A stretch of DNA of 64,000 nt from a virus (IMGVR_UViG_3300028048_000072:1-64000); one strand, 5' to 3'; shown: positions 28,305 through 38,677, numbered from the stretch's first letter. Numbers and translations: made by a program. The notes: generated from the sequence alone by a model not told the origin.

Positions 28305-29048
28305 TTATCCTCTCATTATTGCATAAGTAGAATTATTTCTAAAATATTCCATTTCTACTTCAATTTTATCAATACCATTATCTCTTAAATCATCCGCATT
28401 TATAGCCAATGGTAAATCTGTATCAGTTAAATTCATGATTTCTGCAAATCTACACATAAGTGTACCAATACAATAATTTCCAAAATGTCTTTGTAATCGT
28501 TTAGGAATATTTGCTACAACGGGGTCATAAACACCAACGATAATATTTAATATTCCACTTAAAGTAGATTTATAATAAATTTTATCTTCATCTTCATTAT
28601 ATTTTACATAAAAAACTTTATTCATTTGTTTCATAGATTTATTATAAAATACATTCTGATAAGAATGTAAATTTTTACCATAAGAAAAAGGTGTACCATA
28701 ATTATAACTTGATGTAAATGAAGATACTTGTGATGCAGTAAAGAATGGGTTTCCACTATTCAAATTACTTGCACCACTTGTATTATCTACAAAATCATAA
28801 TGAATAATTCCTAATGTATTATCGGGAGCATCAATAGAACCTTCAACTCCACCACCTACACTTATATCTATAACTTTTTGTTTTGGAAAAAAATTGTGAA
28901 ATGTTTCCAAACATGGTGAAATTATAAGACTTATAATATCTGTATCTTTAAAAGCAAATGAAAATTCATCTGTAATAATCGGATAACCTATACCTTGTTT
29001 TACACTATTTAAAAATGCATCTGTGCATTGAGCAACCATATATCCCAT
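28305..29048 (-). CDS. Neck protein (gp13-like), putative
   Basis: 'VKQGIGYPII...' N-terminus and 'LAINADDLRDNG' C-terminus typical of head-tail adaptors. Confidence 0.55.
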   Translation of the reverse strand: MGYMVAQCTDAFLNSVKQGIGYPIITDEFSFAFKDTDIISLIISPCLETFHNFFPKQKVIDISVGGGVEGSIDAPDNTLGIIHYDFVDNTSGASNLNSGNPFFTASQVSSFTSSYNYGTPFSYGKNLHSYQNVFYNKSMKQMNKVFYVKYNEDEDKIYYKSTLSGILNIIVGVYDPVVANIPKRLQRHFGNYCIGTLMCRFAEIMNLTDTDLPLAINADDLRDNGIDKIEVEMEYFRNNSTYAIMRG

Positions 29049-29073
29049 ATATAATCGTTCTCCTAATAAACAT

Positions 29074-29529
29074 TTAAATAGTTAGAATATCTTCATCTTT
29101 TTCTTCTGTAACATTATTCATAATAGAATCTAATTGTGATTTCATTTTTTTAGTAATAAATGACAATGTTTTTCCATAATGAATAGGTATATCTTTTTCA
29201 TAAGGAAATTGTTTTTGAACTTCTTCCCAACTAAAACCTTTTACAACTTTATAATAATAAACTAATGATAAAGTAATGGCATCTTTTAATTCTTGTGAAT
29301 TAGGAAATTTAAAATATTGGTCTGACATTTCATCAATAATTTTTGTAAATTTTTCCAAATCATCTATAAGTTTATAAAACTTCCCAATCATAGGATTAAA
29401 TCTATTAAAAACAATTATCGATAAAATGTTCATGAATATTTCAGAATCACTTCTCATCGTTTCTGCAAACGCATTATTAATATCTTCTTCCCATAATGAT
29501 AAATTTTCAGAATTATAAACTTTATCCAT
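29074..29529 (-). CDS. Mor/C-like transcription activator, putative
   Basis: 'FYKLIDDLEKFTKIIDEMSDQYFKFPNSQELKD...VVKGFSWEEVQKQF' resembles the Mor dimerisation plus HTH layout. Confidence 0.45.
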   Translation of the reverse strand: MDKVYNSENLSLWEEDINNAFAETMRSDSEIFMNILSIIVFNRFNPMIGKFYKLIDDLEKFTKIIDEMSDQYFKFPNSQELKDAITLSLVYYYKVVKGFSWEEVQKQFPYEKDIPIHYGKTLSFITKKMKSQLDSIMNNVTEEKDEDILTI

Positions 29530-29531
29530 AA

Positions 29532-30308
29532 TTAACTCACTCGAATATTATTTCGCAATAATTTCTTAAAAATCTCAACGCATTGGAAATAGTTGTTTTG
29601 TAAATCAAAGTCATCTGAACTATTCCACCATTCAGAAAAAAACTTATCCGATTTACCATTTATAAGATGTTTAAATAAAAGTGCGATTTTCAAACATTTT
29701 TTAATTCCACCAACTTCAAATGATTTTTTAAAAACTTGTTTCAATAAAACATTTAATTCTATAATCAAATTATCTTTATCTATTGTATTAAAAATTGCAG
29801 TTTCAAAATTAGAATCATCTTGTACATCTTCCAAACAATCCATAATTGTTTTTTCAGAATCTTCTTTTAACGGTGAATATATTGAAATTTCAGTCTTACT
29901 CTTTTCTTTATCTTTAGCGTTATATAAAGGAAATAGAACCATTTTAGAAATATATCCTGTGAATGAACCCGTAATCTTAAAATTAGGTTTAGAATAATAT
30001 TCCCATAATTTTAACAAAGTCCAATTTGTCATATCTTCTATATCTTCATAAGGTCTACCTTGTGATTTTTTTAATTTTGAACAAATAATATTAAATGTCA
30101 AATCTTTCATCGGTTTAAATAACATTTCACGATTTTCAGATGTTCTATCTTGTAAATACTTATCTTGATAAACTGTTAACATGGCTTCCAATTTAGGTTT
30201 TTCAGGATAAATACATCCACATTTGCAACAATGAGTTACAGTATTTTCTGTATAAATAATTCTATCTACGGGTTCTCCACAATTCCAACATTTTATTTTC
30301 TTTGCCAT
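29532..30308 (-). CDS. Putative phage (late) sigma factor with N-terminal zinc finger
   Basis: CWNC...CCKC N-terminus; region-2-like EDIEDMTNWTLLKLWEYYSKPNFKITGSFTGYI; region-3.2-like SIYSPLKEDSEKTIMDCLED; start taken at ATG 30308, coupled to the upstream stop. Confidence 0.55.
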   Translation of the reverse strand: MAKKIKCWNCGEPVDRIIYTENTVTHCCKCGCIYPEKPKLEAMLTVYQDKYLQDRTSENREMLFKPMKDLTFNIICSKLKKSQGRPYEDIEDMTNWTLLKLWEYYSKPNFKITGSFTGYISKMVLFPLYNAKDKEKSKTEISIYSPLKEDSEKTIMDCLEDVQDDSNFETAIFNTIDKDNLIIELNVLLKQVFKKSFEVGGIKKCLKIALLFKHLINGKSDKFFSEWWNSSDDFDLQNNYFQCVEIFKKLLRNNIRVS

Positions 30309-30835
30309 TATTTTTTTACTCCACAATGATTAATTTTATCATAAAAATGTTTAGCAATCAACAAAGCATCTGCATCTTGTTTATTAATTAATTCTTCATG
30401 ATTAGGGAAAAATTTAATACCGTATTGTCTACTTAATTCTTTTGTATCTGATTTTGCTCTTTCTTCAATTGAAAAAAACCCATGTTGCCATACTTTAGAA
30501 TCTGTATAATTCACTTCAATTCCTAATTCTTCAAGTACAATTAATGTTGCTTCAATTGCTCTCATTGCAGACATACTAGCCTTAAATCTAGTAGGATTTA
30601 CCAACGGTCTTTCCAAATAAGCAACTGTTTTAGATAAATCTTTTTTATCAATATGTTTTAATATGATTTCTTTTAATTTTGAAACATCGATTCTTGTAAT
30701 ATGTTGTTCTTTTTTAGTATAAGATTTGCAAGATTTTGTATAACTTTTAGATAAATAAAAATAACTAGAATCAGAATTTAAAATGGCAATTGCACCACTA
30801 ACACCATTATCTATACCAATAACAATATCACCCAT
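30308..30835 (-). CDS. RuvC-like Holliday junction resolvase
   Basis: IGIDNGVSGAIA, AYLERP, DADALLIA. Confidence 0.8.
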   Translation of the reverse strand: MGDIVIGIDNGVSGAIAILNSDSSYFYLSKSYTKSCKSYTKKEQHITRIDVSKLKEIILKHIDKKDLSKTVAYLERPLVNPTRFKASMSAMRAIEATLIVLEELGIEVNYTDSKVWQHGFFSIEERAKSDTKELSRQYGIKFFPNHEELINKQDADALLIAKHFYDKINHCGVKK

Positions 30836-30880
30836 AACTAATCCTCCAATTATATCATAGTTATGGGTGATAAAACTTTA

Positions 30881-31195
30881 CTAATCTTCTTTCAGACTTT
30901 CCAATCCAATGAAATCATTTTCTTTCAACATAAGATAAACAGTATTCTTAGTATCTGCTTCTGAAGGATTTTTAATGGAATCAACATATTCCTTATATCC
31001 TTTCTTAATACCGTTTCTTCCTTCCTTGTCTTTCTTGTCAATTTCCATTGAACTAGCGATTTCTTCAAACGTATCTTTAATAGACTGTTTGTAAGTTTTA
31101 ATCTGTTCATTCAATTCATCAATTTTCAAATTACATTCATAAATTGACTGAAAACGACCCTTAAATTCTTCTTTCTTATCTTCTGTAAGTACCAT
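30881..31195 (-). CDS. Small coiled-coil protein, possibly T4 DsbA/GapR-like DNA-binding protein
   Basis: Size and 'LKIDELNEQIK...IKDTFEEIASSMEIDKK' pattern; weak. Confidence 0.35.
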   Translation of the reverse strand: MVLTEDKKEEFKGRFQSIYECNLKIDELNEQIKTYKQSIKDTFEEIASSMEIDKKDKEGRNGIKKGYKEYVDSIKNPSEADTKNTVYLMLKENDFIGLESLKED

Positions 31196-31213
31196 AATAT
31201 AACCTCCTTTATG

Positions 31214-31393
31214 TTACTTAATTGTTAATGCTTCATCAAAAAATTTACCATTGAATTTTTCACCACTAGAAATTAGTTCATTTAATTTATCTGCAGAAAT
31301 ATTCATTTCTTTCATAACTTCTGAAAACTTTTTAATTTCTGTTCTTCCATTAGCATGACCTTCTGCATAAATAATCAAAACATTCATTTCCAT
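31214..31393 (-). CDS. Small hypothetical protein (59 aa; not in the ORF track)
   Basis: GGAGG-ATG at 31393; MEMNVLIIYAEGHANG...DEALTIK*. Confidence 0.65.
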   Translation of the reverse strand: MEMNVLIIYAEGHANGRTEIKKFSEVMKEMNISADKLNELISSGEKFNGKFFDEALTIK

Positions 31394-31405
31394 AAAAACA
31401 CCTCC

Positions 31406-32383
31406 TTACCATGTGAATATATCATTCTCATAAGAATTATAAATTCTTGCATTGTCTAAATGATTTGAAATTTCATCTAAAGTACAATCATTACAATCAT
31501 ATCCTTTTGTCTTTATTTTTCCATCTTCAATAACATCGTACTTACGTCTATCATAAGTAATATAAAATTTACCATTATAATTTTCTTTTATTTTAGATGG
31601 ACAACTTATTCTTCCCGCATCATCATTATCTGCAAAAAGACAAATTTCTTCACATTCATTCAACATTTTCAATTGTTTTTTTGTTGGAATAGCATGAAAC
31701 ATTGCTACTGAATTAGGATAAACATTCCACAATTTAGAAAAATTTTTTACAGATTCTACAACAATTACTCTTTTACTAGTGTCTATATTTTCCCAATTAA
31801 ATAATGTATCTACAGAACCACCTTTAACATATTTTACTTTAGGTTTTTCACCAATAAAAGTTCTACATTCCATATTTATAATTTTACCGTTATGTGTAAT
31901 TGGTGTTACAATTCTATTACTCATTTTAGTGAAATTACCTTCATCATATAAATCTTCTGAAATCATTTCTACATAATCACAATATGAAAGATTATATTTA
32001 TTTATAAATTCTTCACTTGTTACTCCTATAGAATTTAAAAATTTCATAACTTCATCATTATCCATAGGATTTTTAAGTTTTCCAATAACTTTAATAGAAG
32101 GATATTTAATTTTTTTATGTTTTTCTTTAGTGTAAACGGAAAATATATCATTATATTTTCCATCCAAAATTTTACCAAATAACAATTTCTGCAAAGTAAT
32201 AATATTGCCTTTAGCACCACAAGCGAAACAATGCCATAACCCCGTATCTAAATCTATATGACAACTAGGGTTATGGTCTGTATGATAAGGATTAATACAT
32301 TTAAATTTTAAGGAATTCCCCATATCAACATAGGAAATTCCTTTCATATTCAAAAACGTTTTAATATCATGTTCATATTTCAT
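31406..32383 (-). CDS. DNA primase (CHC2 zinc finger + TOPRIM)
   Basis: CINPYHTDHNPS...WHCFACG; IVVES; FADNDDAG; DCND. Confidence 0.85.
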   Translation of the reverse strand: MKYEHDIKTFLNMKGISYVDMGNSLKFKCINPYHTDHNPSCHIDLDTGLWHCFACGAKGNIITLQKLLFGKILDGKYNDIFSVYTKEKHKKIKYPSIKVIGKLKNPMDNDEVMKFLNSIGVTSEEFINKYNLSYCDYVEMISEDLYDEGNFTKMSNRIVTPITHNGKIINMECRTFIGEKPKVKYVKGGSVDTLFNWENIDTSKRVIVVESVKNFSKLWNVYPNSVAMFHAIPTKKQLKMLNECEEICLFADNDDAGRISCPSKIKENYNGKFYITYDRRKYDVIEDGKIKTKGYDCNDCTLDEISNHLDNARIYNSYENDIFTW

Positions 32384-32438
32384 ATGTTGATATTATAGTT
32401 TATAAATTTTGTTTATTCAATCGAAAAATGAAAAAAAA

Positions 32439-32666
32439 TTAAATATTTTGTAAAATTACAGAATATCCTTTTCTTTTTGCAGTTCCTAAAACTGATGAAA
32501 TTGTTCCACCCGTTTGCATTTTATGAGTTTTATCTAAATATTTATCTACACAATTCAATATTGATTCATCATCATAATCCAACTTTTTCAATTCATCAAA
32601 AATATAATCTGTAGCATCATTTTCATTTTCAATATTCATTGCTTTTTCTAAAATAGATTCAATCAT
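32439..32666 (-). CDS. Hypothetical protein
   Basis: ORF with RBS, translationally coupled to the upstream gene. Confidence 0.6.
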   Translation of the reverse strand: MIESILEKAMNIENENDATDYIFDELKKLDYDDESILNCVDKYLDKTHKMQTGGTISSVLGTAKRKGYSVILQNI

Positions 32667-32863
32667 TTTATAAATTCCTCAACTATAATAGGTTCAAAAA
32701 TTAAATAACTTTCAATCGGTTTTAATTTATCCATCATTTCTTTAGATTGTATTATAATTCCTTCATTCTTTTTTAATGCAATACTATTTATATAAATATT
32801 ATCTCCATAAGGATTTTCATCTAAAAATACTTTTATAGGATAACTTAAATTAAAACCCGACAT
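32663..32863 (-). CDS. Hypothetical protein
   Basis: ORF in a co-oriented string. Confidence 0.55.
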   Translation of the reverse strand: MSGFNLSYPIKVFLDENPYGDNIYINSIALKKNEGIIIQSKEMMDKLKPIESYLIFEPIIVEEFIK

Positions 32864-32873
32864 AATTCATTCC

Positions 32874-33182
32874 TTACATATTTGCTAATCTTTCTAAATC
32901 TTCTCTAGTTTTAGGATAAGAAGATTTCCAACAATAAAAAGTTGCAGAACCTTTAGTTACAAGTTCATTTACCATATCAATATATCTTACAGAACGATGT
33001 GAATTTGCAGTATTATCTTTATTCTTAAATTTCATTCTCAACATAGCCTTTCTTAAATTTTCAGGTGTAGTTTTGATTGCAAATTTTCCATAGCCTTCTT
33101 CTGAAGATGCCATTCCCCAAACATTATCATTTGAGTAAGTCATTGTGATTGGTATTAATCTTTTGTTACTAATATTATTCAT
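32874..33182 (-). CDS. Hypothetical protein
   Basis: ORF preceded by TAACTAT at 33191..33196. Confidence 0.6.
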   Translation of the reverse strand: MNNISNKRLIPITMTYSNDNVWGMASSEEGYGKFAIKTTPENLRKAMLRMKFKNKDNTANSHRSVRYIDMVNELVTKGSATFYCWKSSYPKTREDLERLANM

Positions 33183-33193
33183 GAATAAAATAG

Positions 33194-33484
33194 TTATTCA
33201 TGAAGTGCATTTTCTACTAATTCTTTAAATTTAGAAAAAGTATCTTTTGTGATTTTTAAATCACCAATTTCAAATACATCAAAATCATCATCGATAGGAA
33301 CAACATAATCTTCCATTTCTGTTACATCCAAATATTCTATAGAATATTGATTTGTAGTTTTATTATAAATTAAACTCATATATTCATTTGTATCTGATAA
33401 TTCCAACTCAATAATATCTTCATTGATAATATCAATGTCGAAATCATCACTCATTTTCAACAATTCAGAAATTCCATTATCCAT
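33194..33484 (-). CDS. Acidic hypothetical protein
   Basis: GGAGG RBS. Confidence 0.65.
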   Translation of the reverse strand: MDNGISELLKMSDDFDIDIINEDIIELELSDTNEYMSLIYNKTTNQYSIEYLDVTEMEDYVVPIDDDFDVFEIGDLKITKDTFSKFKELVENALHE

Positions 33485-33507
33485 ATTTAATCCTCCGATG
33501 AATGAAT

Positions 33508-34152
33508 TTATAATCTTTCTATATAACCTTGTTCAATTAATGCTTTTTTAATTGACATGGCAATTTGTTGTGTAAAAAATCCAAAATGTCTTAAAACAGA
33601 TTCAATAATTTTTGATACTTTTACATTTGGTCTATATTTATCCCAAAATTTAGGGGCAATATTACAAGGCATTAAACTCGCATTATCTAAACTTAACCAA
33701 TATGACAACCCCATCCACCAAAAAGAAGGGTCTGAACTTTTTAATTTTATATCTTCACTTAATTGAATTAATGCAACAACATCACCTTTTGTAAAATCAT
33801 TTGGTCTTTCCAATCCGAATTCTTCAATTAAATCCCAAAAATCATTTATTCTGATTGTTACCATATATTCATCGGAAATATTATTAATCATTTCTCCATT
33901 ATTACCAACTAATTCTTTTTTAACACTTCCATCTTTAGTTGCTTTTACCGCAAATAAAATATCACAATATCCTTCGTCATCAATTTCTGTAGCAATCAAT
34001 CTTATATTAGATATATCTTTACCGTTATATTTTCTTCTTAAATCGTAAAACTTTTTAAGATGCCAATTGTCATCTCCCGTATAAAATATTTTATTTATAA
34101 GTTCACTATAAGATAGATTTTCAATCAATTTTTCTGAATCGTTCATACTCAA
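33508..34152 (-). CDS. Hypothetical late protein with a degenerate SWIM-like motif
   Basis: LKSSDPSFWWMG...VSKI aligns by eye to CxCPxF...CKH; TAACTAT upstream. Confidence 0.5.
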   Translation of the reverse strand: MSMNDSEKLIENLSYSELINKIFYTGDDNWHLKKFYDLRRKYNGKDISNIRLIATEIDDEGYCDILFAVKATKDGSVKKELVGNNGEMINNISDEYMVTIRINDFWDLIEEFGLERPNDFTKGDVVALIQLSEDIKLKSSDPSFWWMGLSYWLSLDNASLMPCNIAPKFWDKYRPNVKVSKIIESVLRHFGFFTQQIAMSIKKALIEQGYIERL

Positions 34153-34210
34153 ATAGTTAATTTTATAAAAAAAAATAAGACACTATAAAAGTGTCTTATT
34201 TTTCGATTAA

Positions 34211-34639
34211 TTAAACATAATATTTTGGTTCTTTAGACCAAAATTTAAGATATTCATATGCTCTACCATAATCACTAATTTCATCAATAATATTGTCTGT
34301 ATAACTTAAATCATGACCAATAACATAATCATTAATGAAATCATTGAGCATACTTTCTACAATATCATTAATTTTTTTATATTCTTTAGATGGAAGATTT
34401 TTTAACTCAACATCATGTTCATATCCATTTTCATCCCATTCATATAATGAATAATCAAAATCATTCAATTTTGCATCTTCAACAAACAAATCCTCATTAT
34501 CGTTGAATCCATCATTATATGAGGGAGTAACTTCTGTATTGACTTTAAACCAAACATCTTTAACGCTATAACATTTATCATTTACATAAAAATATAATTC
34601 TGATAAATCTAAATATTCTGTATCATACGAATATTTCAT
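34211..34639 (-). CDS. Acidic hypothetical protein
   Basis: AAGGAG RBS, TAACTAT at 34666..34671 and a downstream terminator. Confidence 0.7.
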   Translation of the reverse strand: MKYSYDTEYLDLSELYFYVNDKCYSVKDVWFKVNTEVTPSYNDGFNDNEDLFVEDAKLNDFDYSLYEWDENGYEHDVELKNLPSKEYKKINDIVESMLNDFINDYVIGHDLSYTDNIIDEISDYGRAYEYLKFWSKEPKYYV

Positions 34640-34668
34640 AAATAATTCTCCTTTATAATATCATATAG

Positions 34669-34950
34669 TTATTTTTCAGAGTATCTAAACAGTAAATCAT
34701 CAATTTTATCATTCATTTCTGAAATATCTACATTTGGTAAATATTCCAAACATTTCATATCATAATTATCTGAATTAGGATAAATAATTTCCCCTAAAAC
34801 AATAATTGTAAACTTTGATTCATTTTCTCTATAAGTTTGAATACTTACTCGTGTAAAAACTTTTACACCGTCAATTATTTCTTCTCTATCTTGTGTTCTA
34901 AGATATTCAGTTGGAAATTTACACATATTATCTTCCTTTTGCCATTTCAT
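34669..34950 (-). CDS. Hypothetical protein
   Basis: ORF overlapping the end of the upstream gene. Confidence 0.55.
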   Translation of the reverse strand: MKWQKEDNMCKFPTEYLRTQDREEIIDGVKVFTRVSIQTYRENESKFTIIVLGEIIYPNSDNYDMKCLEYLPNVDISEMNDKIDDLLFRYSEK

Positions 34951-35464
34951 CTAGTCTATTAATTCTGTCTGTTCCTAATATTTGTTCCCACATATGATGA
35001 TGTTCTGTTTCTGAAATTCTAATATTTGTTCCAATCCAACATCTATCATCTAATGTGGAATGTAATGCTCTAGGTAAAAGAACAATATTATCTTCAACAT
35101 AAGCCATTTCGGGATGAACACTTCTTTCTTTATAATGACAAGCATCAAATCCATTAGTTATCCACCCATATTCTCTTAAAATTTGTTGTTGCCAAGCATC
35201 TAATATTACAAAAAATTCAAGATATGGTTTTAAATCATGTTTAATATGTACATTTCTCATTGCAGTTTCAACTTTGAAAACATATTCACTAGGAGTATCT
35301 TCATCATATTCTTCATTCAATTTTTCCATTTTAGTACAATAATTTTCATACTTAGATTTTAACTGATTATCTGTATAATCAGTTTTCCAAGTATTTTGTG
35401 GAAACGGTAAACAATGATTTTCTTTATAATAATCAAAATATTCCTTTTCTGTTAAAACATACAT
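34928..35464 (-). CDS. HNH-like nuclease domain protein
   Basis: FDACHYKERSVHPEMAYVEDNIVLLPRALHSTLD fits an H-N-H layout. Confidence 0.5.
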   Translation of the reverse strand: MYVLTEKEYFDYYKENHCLPFPQNTWKTDYTDNQLKSKYENYCTKMEKLNEEYDEDTPSEYVFKVETAMRNVHIKHDLKPYLEFFVILDAWQQQILREYGWITNGFDACHYKERSVHPEMAYVEDNIVLLPRALHSTLDDRCWIGTNIRISETEHHHMWEQILGTDRINRLDEMAKGR

Positions 35465-35592
35465 ATCAAAATCCTCACTACAATAATAGTGAAGATTTCA
35501 AATAATTGCAAATATTATTTATAAATTTTATTAAATTACTATTCAAATAAATACTTGTATACAATTATACACCTATACAAAACTACTATAAA

Positions 35593-36561
35593 TTACACCC
35601 TTTTTAATTCTTCTCCATCCAACATAGAAAAAATATCACCTTCTTTAGATTCAAGTTTAATTCTATCATCAAACTTACCTACAACATTTAATGTTGCATA
35701 AATCATAGAAAGTTTATTTTTCTTAAACTCACATTTTTGTGAAAATGAAGAAAGTTGCGTAGATGAAATATCTGCATTTTTTACCAAGTTCCAATTAAGA
35801 TGAATATTATTTTCTTCTTTTTCAATTTTCATTCTCCATCCCATATCCAAAAAATCTAATTCAGATACATGAGCAATGAAATCATTAGGATTATCAAATT
35901 TTGAAATAATTTCTTTAAAAAAAGGTTTTGGTAAATTCTTTAATGCACCGATGATATTATCACTATTATCACCATAAAAAGTTTTATAAAAACAAATATT
36001 TGAATAACTTGCTTCAAAATTCATTCTTTCCAAAAATAATTCTTTTGTCCAAATTTCTTTACCTTTATATTGATGTACATTATCTGCCAAATTTCTACAC
36101 CAATCCATATCATCAGAAATCATCAATACTTTATCTGTATCTTTTACTTTTGCTTTAATTAAAGGTGAACAATAATCATCTGCTTCTAGAAATTGAATTC
36201 TATACAATTCACCGTCAATATAATTTGTTAAAATTAATTGAATAAAATCTAATTCTCTATAAAACCAATCAGGTTGAATCTGTCTTTTCTTTTTATATTC
36301 TTCTGATAAAACTTTTCTATATCTTGTAACTGATGTTTTTGCATTATCCATTAAGAATATCAATTTAACATCTTCTTTACCATACTTAGAAATATATGAA
36401 TTTATCATCTGCATAAATTTAACAATACCATTTGTATGTATTATTTCTTTTGTTTGTGAATCTTTAATTGTATCAGAACCATTCTTTTCTGCCACATAAG
36501 ATGCTCTATAAAAAATATTATAACAATCAAAAATGATAAAATCATATATACCTTTATTCAT
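35593..36561 (-). CDS. 5'-3' exonuclease / T4 RNase H-like flap nuclease
   Basis: IIFDCYNIFYR, YKKKR, LEADD, SDDMD, GDNSDNI acidic motifs. Confidence 0.85.
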   Translation of the reverse strand: MNKGIYDFIIFDCYNIFYRASYVAEKNGSDTIKDSQTKEIIHTNGIVKFMQMINSYISKYGKEDVKLIFLMDNAKTSVTRYRKVLSEEYKKKRQIQPDWFYRELDFIQLILTNYIDGELYRIQFLEADDYCSPLIKAKVKDTDKVLMISDDMDWCRNLADNVHQYKGKEIWTKELFLERMNFEASYSNICFYKTFYGDNSDNIIGALKNLPKPFFKEIISKFDNPNDFIAHVSELDFLDMGWRMKIEKEENNIHLNWNLVKNADISSTQLSSFSQKCEFKKNKLSMIYATLNVVGKFDDRIKLESKEGDIFSMLDGEELKRV

Positions 36562-36573
36562 ATATTCTCCTAA

Positions 36574-37110
36574 TTAATTCTTTGTGATATTTGAAACAAA
36601 ATGAACGGATTTCCAAAATAAATCCCACTCACCTTTTTTAATATGTTCCATTAAAAATACCAATGGAATTTTACATTTATATTTTTCAATAGATGATGTT
36701 TCAAAATTAAAAATATCCATTTCATTGAACTTGTTATGAATTCTTTCCAATCTTCCGTATTTATTTGTAACGGTTTTTTTAGAAAGAATAATATCATTCA
36801 ATACCTTACCTTCTTCAATCAATTTATCTATTTCTTCTGTAGATAAATTTACTTCTTCCGTTTTATATATGATAGGATATGAATTCAACAATTTATTTTT
36901 AATTTCAGAAATTACATCTTTTTTATCTTTAGTTGGGTCTAACATTACTTCAATTTCATTATCATCTGTCAGAATTACAATCTTTTCAATTTCGGGAATG
37001 TATGTAATTTTTGGTTGTAAAGGACATTTAGAACAAAAATTACTTAATGATGATAAAAATTTTTTTCCATAACTTCCTAAATTTTTTATTTCCAAATTTT
37101 TCATAGCCAT
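36574..37110 (-). CDS. Hypothetical protein
   Basis: ORF with RBS in the replication operon. Confidence 0.65.
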   Translation of the reverse strand: MAMKNLEIKNLGSYGKKFLSSLSNFCSKCPLQPKITYIPEIEKIVILTDDNEIEVMLDPTKDKKDVISEIKNKLLNSYPIIYKTEEVNLSTEEIDKLIEEGKVLNDIILSKKTVTNKYGRLERIHNKFNEMDIFNFETSSIEKYKCKIPLVFLMEHIKKGEWDLFWKSVHFVSNITKN

Positions 37111-37161
37111 ATTTTCTCCAACAGAATCACCTTAAATTAATAAGGTGATTCTGAAAAACAA

Positions 37162-38220
37162 CTAAGCATTAATCTTAGTCAAAATTGTTTCTTCTTCATC
37201 TGAAAGTTTAATGATAAACAATTTCTTACTAGAATCCTTACTTGCAAAAATAGAAACTGTAGTTTTATCTTTAGCAAGTTTAGAAAGAATATCCATTACA
37301 TTTGTACAATTGAATGGAAGTCTATATTCTGCATCCAAATGTTCTTCATTAATCTTTTCAATCTTAATATCAACAATATTATTTTCAGAACATGACAAAC
37401 TTGCTTTACCATCATGATAATTCAAGAAAATTACATTAGATGGTGAGTTTTTCGCATAAAATGACATAAATGTAAGTTTATTCATAAATTCTGCAACATC
37501 TACAACAATTTCAGTTGTATTCATAACATCATCACATTTTGACTTAAATTTTTCTTCCAAAACGGGAAGATAATCTACATCACGATTTGAACATACATAA
37601 ATTTCTACATTATCTTTAATAAGAAGATAAGAATCAGAATTATTAAACAATTGTGTACCGATTCCCATTGTAAAAATATTTTTAATTACTTCATTTGAAA
37701 TGATTGTATCTGAAACATTTTCAATCTTTCCAAGATAAATTCTGTTAGAAGATGAAGAAAAAATATAACCGTCTTTAATATGAAGATAACGGCTATTTAC
37801 ATTAATTGCATTTTCATCAATATAAATTGAAGCCTTATTAAAAGTTTTCAAAATATTTTCATCTACGGTAAACATAGGTGTATATTCATCTTTCTGTTCA
37901 AAAGCAACTTTCAAAGAATCCAACACATCAATAAAATCATCGTTCTTTGTGAATTTACCTTTTGCTACACCCGCAATATAAGAATAATCAGATTTCAATT
38001 CTACATTATCTGCAAAAGAACAGATATGAATAAAATCATTATTACTGATTACAAATACTTTTTCATCTGTAACATCTTCAAAAGGAACGTTCAATCTCAA
38101 CGTTGTATGTTCATTAGAAAAATAAATCTTCTGATTTGCTACATCGATATAGACATAATCAGAACCCACAGAACAAATTGACTTCAAATTGTTCTTAATC
38201 TCAAATGTACTAAATTTCAT
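37162..38220 (-). CDS. DNA sliding clamp, beta (DnaN)-type
   Basis: 352 aa (three-domain size); 'FSSSSNRI' resembles the beta clamp 'ATDGHRL' region; 'LPFNCTNVMDIL' resembles 'IGFNxxYLLDAL'. Confidence 0.6.
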   Translation of the reverse strand: MKFSTFEIKNNLKSICSVGSDYVYIDVANQKIYFSNEHTTLRLNVPFEDVTDEKVFVISNNDFIHICSFADNVELKSDYSYIAGVAKGKFTKNDDFIDVLDSLKVAFEQKDEYTPMFTVDENILKTFNKASIYIDENAINVNSRYLHIKDGYIFSSSSNRIYLGKIENVSDTIISNEVIKNIFTMGIGTQLFNNSDSYLLIKDNVEIYVCSNRDVDYLPVLEEKFKSKCDDVMNTTEIVVDVAEFMNKLTFMSFYAKNSPSNVIFLNYHDGKASLSCSENNIVDIKIEKINEEHLDAEYRLPFNCTNVMDILSKLAKDKTTVSIFASKDSSKKLFIIKLSDEEETILTKINA

Positions 38221-38258
38221 ATTTTAGTAACCTCCACCATATTTATATTGTATATTAA

Positions 38259-38287
38259 ATTATAAAATTTTTAGATTTACATGTCAA
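38259..38287 (-). promoter_or_regulatory. Consensus sigma70 promoter TTGACA-17-TATAAT
   Basis: Read directly upstream of the clamp gene. Confidence 0.85.
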
Positions 38288-38292
38288 ATTAT

Positions 38293-38610
38293 TTATCTTT
38301 TTTTATCCATTTCCAACAAACCATTTATCGCATACTGATATTTAAATAAATCAATTTCTTCATCAGTAATACTATCTAGAAATTCATCTGTTTTATTTTC
38401 ATCTACAATAATTGATTTAAATTCTTCTTCAAATAAAGGTAAATATTTTGAATTTTCATCCATCAATTCTTCTTCTTTACAATTATATTTTGAAAGAAAT
38501 CTAAAGAACAATGTATATTTTATAAGTTCAAACATAAAATTTAAAAGTTCCATTTTCTTAAAATTTCTGCCATTAATGTTTTTTGACATTTTCTTTGCTT
38601 TACTACTCAT
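38293..38610 (-). CDS. Hypothetical protein
   Basis: GGAGG RBS and TAACTAT at 38643..38648. Confidence 0.65.
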   Translation of the reverse strand: MSSKAKKMSKNINGRNFKKMELLNFMFELIKYTLFFRFLSKYNCKEEELMDENSKYLPLFEEEFKSIIVDENKTDEFLDSITDEEIDLFKYQYAINGLLEMDKKR

Positions 38611-38648
38611 ATTAAAAAATCCTCCAAAAGATTATATTATAATAGTTA

Positions 38649-38677
38649 TTGACATTATATTTCATATTATCTACAAT
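38649..38677 (+). promoter_or_regulatory. Sigma70-type promoter TTGACA-17-TACAAT
   Basis: Located at the strand-switch point. Confidence 0.75.
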
